Shown here piece after piece: positions 41,458 through 50,455 of a stretch of 64,000 nt of DNA (positions are counted from its first letter, which is position 1; every line of letters starts with the position of its first letter). Both the position numbers and the translations under genes were made by a program. Location: contig OZ245365.1 in the NCBI GenBank assembly GCA_965226495.1, positions 1,888,001 to 1,952,000 on the forward strand. Direction: 5' to 3'. Below the pieces are notes generated by a model that had not been told where the DNA came from, made no database searches, and saw only the letters and a program-made list of their open reading frames with translations. This DNA is from Candidatus Marinacidobacterales bacterium (GTDB lineage Bacteria > Acidobacteriota > Vicinamibacteria > Marinacidobacterales > DATDRI01).

Positions 41458-43255
41458 ATGAATGTTGGTTTGGTATCAGAGATGGCCTTCCACGTCGTTG
41501 GAGGTCTCGGCATTTTTCTGCTAGGCATGAAATACATGCAGCAGGGTCTTCAAGTCGTTGCCGGCGACAAAATAAGACGCCTGATCAACGCGGTCACCTC
41601 CAACCGATTTCTGGCAGTGGGCATAGGGCTCTTCATTACCACCCTCATTCAGTCGAGCTCGGTCACTTCGGTGATGGTGATTGGCCTCGTCAACAGTGAG
41701 CTAATGACCCTCAGCGGAGCGATTGGGGTCGTCATCGGTGCCAATATCGGCACCACGATCACTGGGTGGATACTGGCGTTGAAAATAGGACAATACGGTC
41801 TCCCCCTGCTCGGCCTGGCTGCCTTTTGGCTGTTTATTAAAGGGGAAAAACTACGGTACTCAGCCCTGGTGATACTTGGGATTGGCATGGTGTTTTTCGG
41901 CTTGGAGCTTATGAAGGATGGTTTCAGCCCTGGTGATACTTGGGATTGGCATGGTGTTTTTCGGCTTGGAGCTTATGAAGGATGGTTTCAAACCGGTGAG
42001 AGATCTCCCAGACTTCGCCGCGATGTTCCAAATGTTCGAGGCCACGGATTACCTCGGTGTGTTGAAATCCGCTCTGGTCGGCTGCGTGGTGACTCTGATC
42101 GTTCAATCCTCGTCAGCCACCCTCGGGATGACGATCGCCCTCGCCAATACCGGCGTTGTCGATTTTCAAACCGCAGGAGCTTTAGTTTTGGGCACAAATG
42201 TTGGGACGACAATTACCGCCTTTCTGGCTTCCTTAGGGGCGGACGATGTCAACGCCAAACGGACCGCCTACTTTCACATATTGTTCAACGTGTTTGGAGT
42301 TGCAGTGATCACGGCTCTTTTCCTCCCTGTGTATCTCCCCTTCATAGATAACGTCGTGATGCGAGGTGTGGATCCCAACATGCAGCTGCCGGGGGGGACC
42401 TTTCCCTACATGACTGCCGGGATTGCTGTGGTACATACGGTGTTCAACGTTGTGACGGCGCTCTTGTTCATTCCGTTCATCACATCCATAGCAAATGCCC
42501 TGAGAAAACTGGTTAAGGACAAGCCCAAGGCGGAAAAAGTTCGTTTGACGCACTTGGATTTTGGCCTGGTAAGTTCACCTTTGATCGCGATCGAACAATC
42601 TGGCTTTGAAATTGCGCGTACGGATCAACACGTAAGAACGATGCTGGATGACTTGCGTACCGTTATTACCAATAAGAAGGAGCACCGAGAGCTGATCGAT
42701 AAGACTTTCCAGCGAGAGGGGATTATCGACAACGTTCAAGTCGAAGTTACGCGGTTTCTAACCGATCTACTTGCCATTGACCTGAGTCATCACGTCGCTG
42801 AGGAGGCGAGATCCCAGCTGCGATTAGCAGACGAGTTCGAATCGGTTAGCGATTACGTCGCCAATGTCTTGAAGCTCTACCTGCGGTTACGAGAAGCTAA
42901 CGTGGCTCTATCGCCGGTACAACAAAAAGAGTTGCTGGGGTTACACGACTTGATCGCCGCCTATTACGACAGCGTGCATGAAGGTTTTTCGGTTGACGTT
43001 TACGATGAGTACTTGGCTGGAATACGTCGGGGTAGCCGTGAGATTACCGATAAGATCAGGGCGTTGAGAGACCGCCACTGGAACCGATTATCTGAAGAGA
43101 CTGTTGATCCGTTGATCAGTACCTCTTATATGGACATTGCGAATGCCTACCGAAGAATGAAGGATCACCTATTGAACATCGGGGAGGCGATAGTGGGCGG
43201 CAAAGATATCGGCAGACAAAGAATCGAGTCTCCGGAGGAAGTGGCCTCGGAGTGA
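41458..43255 (+). pseudogene. Na+/Pi cotransporter (NptA/YjbB family with PhoU tail), frameshifted by a 64-bp tandem duplication
   Basis: GGLGIFLLGM, QSSS..GANIGTTIT repeats, HTVFN; 41861-41924 repeated at 41925-41988. Confidence 0.88.
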
Positions 43256-43360
43256 GCAAGGAGAGGGCGAGCACTGTTCGCGAATTATCAAACAGGGAGA
43301 AGTGGGCCCGGTCAGTCCCGAGCGGGAGTGCCGGGCCCGCACTGCAGCAAGGGGTTCACA

Positions 43361-44692
43361 CTAATTTTTCTCCCAAAGCCGCTGCCACCAGCTCCCACCT
43401 TCAGGACTCCCCCCGCGCAGGTTCATCTTCTGGCGGATCTCATTGATGTTCCAACCGGTGATCGATGCCAGCGTCTGAGCCTCTTGCTCCTGCCGCTGTA
43501 TGACGTTGCGCCGGTACTCCTGCGCCACCGGACAGTTGTCACGGCCCTTCCACGGATGACGCAGTACGTAGCGTCCCTGAAAGTTGGTGCGATCGGAGGT
43601 TTCCTGGAAGACGAGGTCTTCGGGAAAGTGCTCGCCGTCGTAGCGAACGTGAAGTCGCGTCACGAAGACTTGCTGCGCCTTTGAGCCGCGTCCCTGGCGT
43701 CCGTCCAGCCAGAAAACGCCCAGCTCGCGAAGCTCGTCATAAGAGAGAGGGTCCGCCGCACAAGGGTCGCACCAGGCCATGTCCCACGCGTACTCCAAGA
43801 ACACCGTCCTCATATTCTGCTTCCTGACTTGCTCCGCGAACATCGCGCGATAGAAGTCGCCGAACTCGTTCTTGACGAAGACGGGTATCTCCATCCCGGT
43901 GGGGAGCTGGGTGGTGCGGTAGTTGGTGGTCTCCACACGGCCGTTCTTGGTCAGGGCGTAGATGAAGAGCTCTTGCGGACCGTCGGCGTTCACTGTGCCG
44001 AGTCGGATGGGAAGCATGAACTTCGGGGACTGGTAGGCGACCTGGAGGGGGCGAAGATAGTTGTAACCGAGCTTCGACTGCTCCTCGAGGTTCACCCTGG
44101 CCACGAAGAACCTCATGTTCTGTTTGATGTAGCTTCCGAGGACGCGCGAAGCACCGGGCGGTAGCTTGTAGCCGTTCTGCTTGAGCCACTTTTCGAGGCC
44201 GTTGCTCTGCTCGGCCGAGAGGATCAAGATGTCGTACTCGGCGACGGTGTATTGGGCTTCGATGGTCACCCCGAGGCTTCGAGCCTCGGCATTCGCCGAC
44301 TTTCGCAGGCGTCCTCCCGCTGCGGCCGGTGCCTCCTGGGCCATGTCGTACATACCGTAGCGGCAAGGGTCTTCGTCGAAGTACTCCACCAGTCGCGGCG
44401 ACGTATAGGCATCCAGGTGATCGATCAGGGCCTTGTTAGTAACGTGGATCTGCCCGCGCTCGATGAAGGTGGGTACCGGGACGACCACCGCGAACTCCTT
44501 TGGGTCGCCCCGAAAATCGTTGGCCATGGTGATGACGGTTTTGTCATCGTGTCGGACCAGGACCACCTGCGAGGCTTTGTTGAAGAGCTTCGCGTCGGCC
44601 TTGGCCACGTAGAATCCGCAAAAGGCTCTCACCGATCCCTGCGAGAATGCCGCCGCCAGGACGAGAGCCGACAAGATCAATAACCGTTTCAT
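43361..44692 (-). CDS. Secreted DUF2330-domain protein
   Basis: Signal peptide then AFCGFYVAKAD, FAVVVPVP, WLKQNGY, FMLPIRLG, TRLHVRY, NFQGRY. Confidence 0.85.
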   Translation of the reverse strand: MKRLLILSALVLAAAFSQGSVRAFCGFYVAKADAKLFNKASQVVLVRHDDKTVITMANDFRGDPKEFAVVVPVPTFIERGQIHVTNKALIDHLDAYTSPRLVEYFDEDPCRYGMYDMAQEAPAAAGGRLRKSANAEARSLGVTIEAQYTVAEYDILILSAEQSNGLEKWLKQNGYKLPPGASRVLGSYIKQNMRFFVARVNLEEQSKLGYNYLRPLQVAYQSPKFMLPIRLGTVNADGPQELFIYALTKNGRVETTNYRTTQLPTGMEIPVFVKNEFGDFYRAMFAEQVRKQNMRTVFLEYAWDMAWCDPCAADPLSYDELRELGVFWLDGRQGRGSKAQQVFVTRLHVRYDGEHFPEDLVFQETSDRTNFQGRYVLRHPWKGRDNCPVAQEYRRNVIQRQEQEAQTLASITGWNINEIRQKMNLRGGSPEGGSWWQRLWEKN

Positions 44693-45542
44693 TGTTGTCT
44701 CCTTTGCTAAGAGCGACAGGTGTCACCGCCGCACGTTTCCATTGGTATTGGGTTCCCGGCAGCAGCCGGTCGATGAGTGGGACGAGCATCGCGAATAAGG
44801 CCAGAGACCAGAGCAATCCGTTAGGGCGATAGAGAACGAAGTGGACGAATCCGGCTCCGACGGCGACGAGCAAGGCGAAGAGAATTCTGCCGGCGCGGGT
44901 GTCGGGGGTGGTCTTCGGATCGGAGATCATGAAGAACGCGAACAGAAGGAACGCTCCGCTTTGGAGCCGGTGCCAAGGAATCGTCATCGGCTCGCCAAGC
45001 CAGAAAGAGCGGCCAAAGAGGACCACGAGATAAAAACCGAGAAACGCGTAAGTCACGTCGCTGCGGGATGAACGGTTCACGACGAGTCCGCCGAGAGACG
45101 CCATCAAGAAACCGAAATAGAGACCGGCGCCCCATTGACCCGGTGAGACCCAGGCTTCACCGGTCAGAAGAATCGCGGCCACGAGACCGAAGTTCGTGGG
45201 GTTGAAGACGTGCTTTCCGTTCCAGCGGATGTAGAACTTACTGGCAATGGTGATGCCGGCGGCCCCCAGCGCGACGGCCAGGAAGTTGGTTCGCAGCAGC
45301 AGGCACAACGAGAGGCCAGAGATGAGAGCGCTTTTGGGATCGAATCGCGGCAATCCAGAAAGCCTTGTGCACACATACTGAGTGAGCTGAGCGGTAATCA
45401 GGATGCCGATGGCGTGCGCGGCGCGGACTTCGAAATCGAGCCAGAGAATGCCGTAAACGAGAAGGGTGGTCAGGACCGCGATCTGATAGTGGCGGGGGTC
45501 TCCGAGCTTTATGAGTTGGCCGAGTCGGCCTAGTTTGGTCAT
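44544..45542 (-). CDS. Stand-alone RnfD/NqrB-like membrane protein
   Basis: DPRHYQI, SALISGLSL, KHVFNPTNFG, FFMISDPKTTP; 3' end overlaps DUF2330 by 149 bp. Confidence 0.82.
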   Translation of the reverse strand: MTKLGRLGQLIKLGDPRHYQIAVLTTLLVYGILWLDFEVRAAHAIGILITAQLTQYVCTRLSGLPRFDPKSALISGLSLCLLLRTNFLAVALGAAGITIASKFYIRWNGKHVFNPTNFGLVAAILLTGEAWVSPGQWGAGLYFGFLMASLGGLVVNRSSRSDVTYAFLGFYLVVLFGRSFWLGEPMTIPWHRLQSGAFLLFAFFMISDPKTTPDTRAGRILFALLVAVGAGFVHFVLYRPNGLLWSLALFAMLVPLIDRLLPGTQYQWKRAAVTPVALSKGDNNETVIDLVGSRPGGGILAGIGESLLRILRGQGRREALQQSLAGGPGPTR

Positions 45543-45646
45543 CCGTACCCTCCCATAGCTCCGTTCGCTATTGGAGGAGGTACTGGCGGGCGGCGGCTTT
45601 ATTCCCTCGGGTCGAGGCTATAATCCTTTCTCCGACGGGGGACGCA

Positions 45647-46408
45647 ATGCACATATTTCGCGCACTGAGCAGGCTGATGAGAAACGGGGGAGCCTGCGCG
45701 ACCGGAGGGAGCCCGGCGCGACTGCGCGCCGACGAAAGGCCGGCCGTGGGGGTGGGGCCCCGCGGCCTTGGCATCCTAATGATAGCGATTTTGGGAGCAA
45801 GTTCGGGCCTGGGAAGCGCTCAGACCTTGGAAATAGTGCCTTTTTACGGTTGGCAATTCGGCGGCGGGTTTGGTGTCGAAGACGGTCGTGTCGAGGTCAA
45901 GGCGGCCCCTGTTTTCGGGTTCTTGGTGGATGTGCGGGTGCGTCCGGATGCCGCGGTCGAGTTCATCTACAGCCGGCAACAGACGACGCTCGAGCTCAGG
46001 AGCACCGACGCCCTTCGGCCCAGCGCCGAGTTCTTGGACTTGAACGTCGAGTACTTCCAGGCGGGCGGGGTGTACGAGTTCTTGGGCGACGACGCAGAGT
46101 TTTTCGACGACGATGGCGACAAGCCCGCCGTGCGCCCGTTTATTGTACTGACCCTCGGCGCAACGCGGTTCAGCCCGAGCCTGGCTGGCGCAGGGAGCGA
46201 TTGGCGTTTCTCGCTGAGCTTCGGTGGCGGCGTCAAAGTGTTTCTCTCCAGGCGGCTGGGCTTTCGCCTCGACGCCCGCGCTTGGCCCACATTTGTAGCG
46301 GGTGGTGGTGCCTTCTTTTGCTCGCTTCCGGGGGGATGCTTGTTTGCCTTTGGCGGCTCGGCATCGTGGCAGGCAAGCGGCACCGCCGGCCTGATCATCG
46401 CTTTTTAA
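45647..46408 (+). CDS. Outer-membrane beta-barrel protein
   Basis: EIVPFYGWQFGG, GGGVKVF, GFRLDAR, C-terminal Phe; start 45647 (GGGGGA RBS) or 45779. Confidence 0.75.
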   Translation: MHIFRALSRLMRNGGACATGGSPARLRADERPAVGVGPRGLGILMIAILGASSGLGSAQTLEIVPFYGWQFGGGFGVEDGRVEVKAAPVFGFLVDVRVRPDAAVEFIYSRQQTTLELRSTDALRPSAEFLDLNVEYFQAGGVYEFLGDDAEFFDDDGDKPAVRPFIVLTLGATRFSPSLAGAGSDWRFSLSFGGGVKVFLSRRLGFRLDARAWPTFVAGGGAFFCSLPGGCLFAFGGSASWQASGTAGLIIAF

Positions 46409-46413
46409 CCCCT

Positions 46414-46472
46414 TGCACAGTTTTGGATCCGACCCCCAGTTGTGGTGCAAGGGTCGGATCTAAAAATGTGCA
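46414..46472. repeat. 22-bp-arm palindrome (REP-like or terminator)
   Basis: tgcacagttttggatccgaccc ... gggtcggatctaaaaatgtgca, 20/22 complementary. Confidence 0.6.
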
Positions 46473-46524
46473 CGGTCCACTCACATATGGGGCCGGGAGG
46501 TCAAGGGACCCCTACATCTTGCCG

Positions 46525-46553
46525 TTGACCTACACCTAATTTGCACCTATATT
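46525..46553 (+). promoter_or_regulatory. lexA promoter, likely leaderless, with direct repeat in the spacer
   Basis: TTGACC - 17 bp - TATATT, ATG 6 nt later, no SD; spacer is TACACC-taatt-TGCACC. Confidence 0.6.
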
Positions 46554-46559
46554 ACCCCC

Positions 46560-47168
46560 ATGGATTTAACTCAGAAACAACAAGCCGTTTTCGATTACTT
46601 GAAGGCTTATCGGGGCGAGAACGGGCGACCTCCTTCCTATGAGGAAATCCGCGAGGAGTTCGGCTTCGCCTCTTTGAACTCGGTGCGGAAGCATCTGCAA
46701 CAGCTTGAACGAAAAGGGTTTATCAAATCGCCCTGGGGGAACCAAAAAAGGGCCCTGGAGATTGTTTCCGACCAGCCGGAAGCGGCCGCCGCCGTTTCAT
46801 TGCCCCTGCTAGGTACGGTCGCGGCCGGTGGGCCTCTCGAAGTCTCAGAGGTTCCCGAGACCATCGATGTCCCTGAAGTTCTTATCGGTCGGGGCGAGCA
46901 CTTCGCCTTGAAGGTAACCGGCGACAGCATGGTGGACGACGGCATTCATGAAGACGATTTACTGATCGTGCAGAGGCGAGAGAGTGCCGAGCCCGGCCAG
47001 ACAGTGGTGGCGCTGGTTGAAGGCGAAGCCACCGTCAAGCGGTTCTACCGGCACGGGGAGCGAATCGAGCTCCGTCCGGCCAATCCGAATTACTCTCCCC
47101 TGATTGTGGGAGAGGAGGCAGTCCGCATCCGAGGAATCGTCGTCGGGCTGATACGAAAATATGCCTAG
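46560..47168 (+). CDS. lexA: LexA repressor
   Basis: PPSYEEI HTH, VAAG cleavage site, GDSM Ser, ATVKR Lys. Confidence 0.96.
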   Translation: MDLTQKQQAVFDYLKAYRGENGRPPSYEEIREEFGFASLNSVRKHLQQLERKGFIKSPWGNQKRALEIVSDQPEAAAAVSLPLLGTVAAGGPLEVSEVPETIDVPEVLIGRGEHFALKVTGDSMVDDGIHEDDLLIVQRRESAEPGQTVVALVEGEATVKRFYRHGERIELRPANPNYSPLIVGEEAVRIRGIVVGLIRKYA

Positions 47169-47391
47169 CAAGAGGACAAGCAAGAAAATGGTCCGGCTCC
47201 CCAAGGATCTTTACCATCGTCTCGAGAAGGTAGCCGGTCAGCAGGCCCGAGTAAAAGACAACCCATTGGATGATGTGATCCGCGATGCGGTAGAGATCCA
47301 ATATGGCGAGGGAGGGCTTACCACGAGGTTGCGAGCTATCGGTGCTTGGCTCGAGTTCAGGCCTCGTCGTCACGTGGTCAAAGAAAGTTAA
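47161..47391 (+). CDS. Small ribbon-helix-helix-like protein
   Basis: KMVRLPKDLYHRLEKVA...LDDVIRDAVE pattern; overlaps the lexA stop. Confidence 0.55.
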   Translation: MPSKRTSKKMVRLPKDLYHRLEKVAGQQARVKDNPLDDVIRDAVEIQYGEGGLTTRLRAIGAWLEFRPRRHVVKES

Positions 47392-47479
47392 TCTTCATTT
47401 TTTCTAGTCGCAACTAGCGTTTTTCTCGGAAACACCCAGTCAATCTAAGGGGAGAAGTGTCTCTAGAGGGAGGTGTCAA

Positions 47480-48331
47480 GTGATTTTCATCGGCACGAGC
47501 GGGTACGGTTATCACAACTGGTCTCCTAGCTTTTATCCATCGTGGTTGCTTTATGAAGACTACCTAGATTTTTACTCCGAACAATTCAATTGCTGCGAGC
47601 TGACATTCACCCGTTACCGGATGCCGACCGTGGAGGATCAAGAGAGTTTGCTTCGCCGCTCGGCAGGAAGACTTGTGTTTACCGTGAAGGCGCATCGTCG
47701 CCTGACGCATCAACGTCCACTAGAGACGAAGGACCTGAGCCTGGCCCATCATTTTGCTGCTTCGCTGGCTCCGCTTGTCCAAGCCCGGAAGTTGGGAGCG
47801 GTGGTGGCCCAGTTTCCTTTTTCCTTCATCAATAACCCTGAGCATCGTGCTTACGTCTGTCGACTCCGGGCGGCACTGGATGGGCTTCCGCTGATAACGG
47901 AATTTCGTCACGACAGTTGGTTCGACGAGGAGACGCTCCACTTTCTCCGAGGATGGGATATCGGTGTCGCGTGTGTGGATGTTCCGAAACTAGCCAAGCT
48001 TCCCGGTCCTCGTGCTCTTGTGACCTCCGAGTTGGGCTACGTGCGCTTCCATGGACGCAACGCCTCTCGGTGGTGGAAGTGGTGGGCGCCAAGAAGCAAA
48101 GATCAAGGTTACCGCTACGATTACAATTACCGCCGTCGTGAGCTGATGGGCTGGATACCCCGCTTGCGAGAGATCGAGAAGCAGAGCCAACACACTTTCG
48201 TCATCTTCAATAACCACTGGCAGGGCCAAGCGGTCATCAATGCTCAGGCGCTTCAGAAGATTCTGAATAAGCGGAACAGTTCGATCGCCACCGCCCGCCA
48301 GACGGTCGCTCCTCAGCTGCTAGCGGGGTAG
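47480..48331 (+). CDS. DUF72 (YecE-like) protein
   Basis: IGTSGY, FTVKAHRRLTH, QFPFSF, EFRHDSW, YVRFHGRN, FNNH. Confidence 0.9.
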   Translation: MIFIGTSGYGYHNWSPSFYPSWLLYEDYLDFYSEQFNCCELTFTRYRMPTVEDQESLLRRSAGRLVFTVKAHRRLTHQRPLETKDLSLAHHFAASLAPLVQARKLGAVVAQFPFSFINNPEHRAYVCRLRAALDGLPLITEFRHDSWFDEETLHFLRGWDIGVACVDVPKLAKLPGPRALVTSELGYVRFHGRNASRWWKWWAPRSKDQGYRYDYNYRRRELMGWIPRLREIEKQSQHTFVIFNNHWQGQAVINAQALQKILNKRNSSIATARQTVAPQLLAG

Positions 48332-48342
48332 GGGAGACAACC

Positions 48343-48990
48343 GTGGCTCGCCAGAGTTTTGTCACCACCCGTCTCTCTGCCGATAGCAAGTTACGAGTCG
48401 TCGCTCCCTGGGGGGTTCCTCAAATTGCCGGGCGCCTAGTAGAGCTTTCCGGAACCGGAGCGACGGCGACGCTGACCGCGGCTTTCGGGCTGGTGCTCGA
48501 GGCGCAATGGAGGGGCGAGCCCGTCGCCTGGATCACATTGCCGTCGAGCACATTTTTCCCGCCCGATGCTGCGGCGGGTGGTATCGACTTGGATTCCCTC
48601 GCGGTCGTTCGTGCCCGTGATTCTTACACTGCGGCGCGATCGGCGATGCAACTCGTTCGCTCGGGTGGGTTTGGACTCGTGGCGATTGACCTCGGCCCGA
48701 AGCCGGCCCCCGCAAGCATGGGACAAAAGCGCGTCGAATACACGTCCATTCCCACGTCGCTGCTGACGCGTCTAGTCGGACTGGCCAAGAAACACGACAC
48801 CGCGGTCGTTGTCCTTACTGAAAAGCCGACCCATGCGAGCTCTCTCGGTTCCCTAGTTTCGCTGAGGGCAGAGGCTCGCCGGCCTCCAGCGGCTCCTTAT
48901 CGCATCGAGCTCTCGGTTCTCAAAGACAAAAGACGCGGCCCGGGACAAGTACATCGGGAGACTTGCCGTGGTCCGGCTGGCATGTGTTGA
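48343..48990 (+). CDS. imuA: ImuA / RecA-like accessory protein
   Basis: GRLVELSG, VAWI, FFPPD...GIDL, RSGGFGLVAIDL; directly upstream of imuB. Confidence 0.82.
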   Translation: MARQSFVTTRLSADSKLRVVAPWGVPQIAGRLVELSGTGATATLTAAFGLVLEAQWRGEPVAWITLPSSTFFPPDAAAGGIDLDSLAVVRARDSYTAARSAMQLVRSGGFGLVAIDLGPKPAPASMGQKRVEYTSIPTSLLTRLVGLAKKHDTAVVVLTEKPTHASSLGSLVSLRAEARRPPAAPYRIELSVLKDKRRGPGQVHRETCRGPAGMC

Positions 48991-50455
48991 TGTTCCGGCG
49001 TTCCCACTCCAACTCCTCCTCCGGGAACATCCGGATTGGAAGGAGTTTCCGGTCGCCGTGGTTGCCGAAGATCGACCGAACTCTCCTCTGCTCTGGGTAA
49101 ACGAGAAGGCTAGGCGAGCGCGCGTCCTCCCCGGGCAACGTTATGCCCAAGCGTTGTCGCTGTCGTCCGAACTAAGGGCCGGTACCGTTTCCCGTCATGA
49201 GATCGAAAAAGGCGTCGAGCTTCTCACCGATCGACTCCGTCATTTCACGCCGGAGGTGGAGCCGGGGCTCGACACGCCGGGCGTCTTCTGGCTGAATGCC
49301 CAAGGACTGGAGCGGCTCTACAAAAGCCTGGAGGACTGGGCGGGTGCGATCGGCAAAGATCTCCTGAAGGCTGGATTTTTATCCACCGTCGTCGTGGGCT
49401 TCACTCGCTTCGGGACTTATGCGGTGGCCAAGTCCATCCTAGGAGTGAAGGTCTTCCAGGATGCCGGTGAGGAAAACCGGGTTGCCCGCCGTGTGAAGCT
49501 GGATCGTTTGGAGATCGAGCCCGCGGTGCGTGACGCCCTGGATAAGCTCGGGGTTCGCACGGTTGCGGGTTTCCTCAAGCTTCCGGCCAAGGGACTCCTG
49601 AAGCGATTCGGCGTCGAAGCGCATCGGTTGTACCGTCTCGCCGCCGGAGATCTCTGGGCCCCTCTTCAACCTCATCCCGCCGTGGAGCCCCTCGAGCGCC
49701 AGTTCTTGCTGGATGCTCCGGACTCCGATTCCGAGCGCTTGTTGTTTCTCGTAAAAAGAATGCTGGACTCGCTTCTGGCGGAGTTGGTGCCGAAAAGCAA
49801 AGCGCTGACCGAGGTCGCGCTTCGCCTGGTTCTCGATCGCGAGGGAGAGTATGGAGAGCGGATTCGCACCGCGGCGCCGACCGTCGACAGCGCGCAGATC
49901 CTAGGACTCATCCGACTGCGCCTGGAGTCTTTGCGACTCGATTCGGGCGTGGTGGCGCTCCACTTGACCGTTTGTGGAACGAAGGTTCTCCCTGAACAAG
50001 ATCTTTTGTTCACCGAGAAACCGCGCCGCGATCTGGAGGCGGGCAGTCGCGCTCTTGCTCGTCTACGGGCAGAGTTTGGGGAGACGGTCGTGGTGCGCGC
50101 CCATTTGCAAAATAACCATCTTCCTCAGGCGAGCTTCCGATGGGAGCCCATGGAAAAAACAACCATCCCTCATCCTCAAAAAAAGAGCAGTCCTCGTCTT
50201 CTGGTGAGAAGAATCTACGAAAGGCCACTTCTCCTTCCACATCGGTCCCGACACGAGCCCGATGGCTGGCTCTTGCGCGGGCTCGAGCACGGGCCTGTCC
50301 AAAAGTTCGTCGGCCCTTACGTTTTTTCCGGAGGTTGGTGGGCGGGTGGCGTCCACCGCGAGTATTACTTCGTGAACATGCTTCGCGGAGAGGTGCTTTG
50401 GGTTTTTTACGATCGAAAGCGACGTCGCTGGTTTCTGGAAGGACGCGTCGAGTGA
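48968..50455 (+). CDS. imuB: ImuB, inactive Y-family polymerase
   Basis: PAFPLQ, HFTPEVE, LGVRTV, RFG, GGWW...REYY, WFLEG C-terminal signature. Confidence 0.9.
   Translation: MVRLACVDVPAFPLQLLLREHPDWKEFPVAVVAEDRPNSPLLWVNEKARRARVLPGQRYAQALSLSSELRAGTVSRHEIEKGVELLTDRLRHFTPEVEPGLDTPGVFWLNAQGLERLYKSLEDWAGAIGKDLLKAGFLSTVVVGFTRFGTYAVAKSILGVKVFQDAGEENRVARRVKLDRLEIEPAVRDALDKLGVRTVAGFLKLPAKGLLKRFGVEAHRLYRLAAGDLWAPLQPHPAVEPLERQFLLDAPDSDSERLLFLVKRMLDSLLAELVPKSKALTEVALRLVLDREGEYGERIRTAAPTVDSAQILGLIRLRLESLRLDSGVVALHLTVCGTKVLPEQDLLFTEKPRRDLEAGSRALARLRAEFGETVVVRAHLQNNHLPQASFRWEPMEKTTIPHPQKKSSPRLLVRRIYERPLLLPHRSRHEPDGWLLRGLEHGPVQKFVGPYVFSGGWWAGGVHREYYFVNMLRGEVLWVFYDRKRRRWFLEGRVE

Noticed and set aside
50140-50451. 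104-aa N-terminal extension of DnaE2 in the ORF track
   Set aside because: Overlaps the imuB 3' end; the PHP domain starts at GTG 50452.
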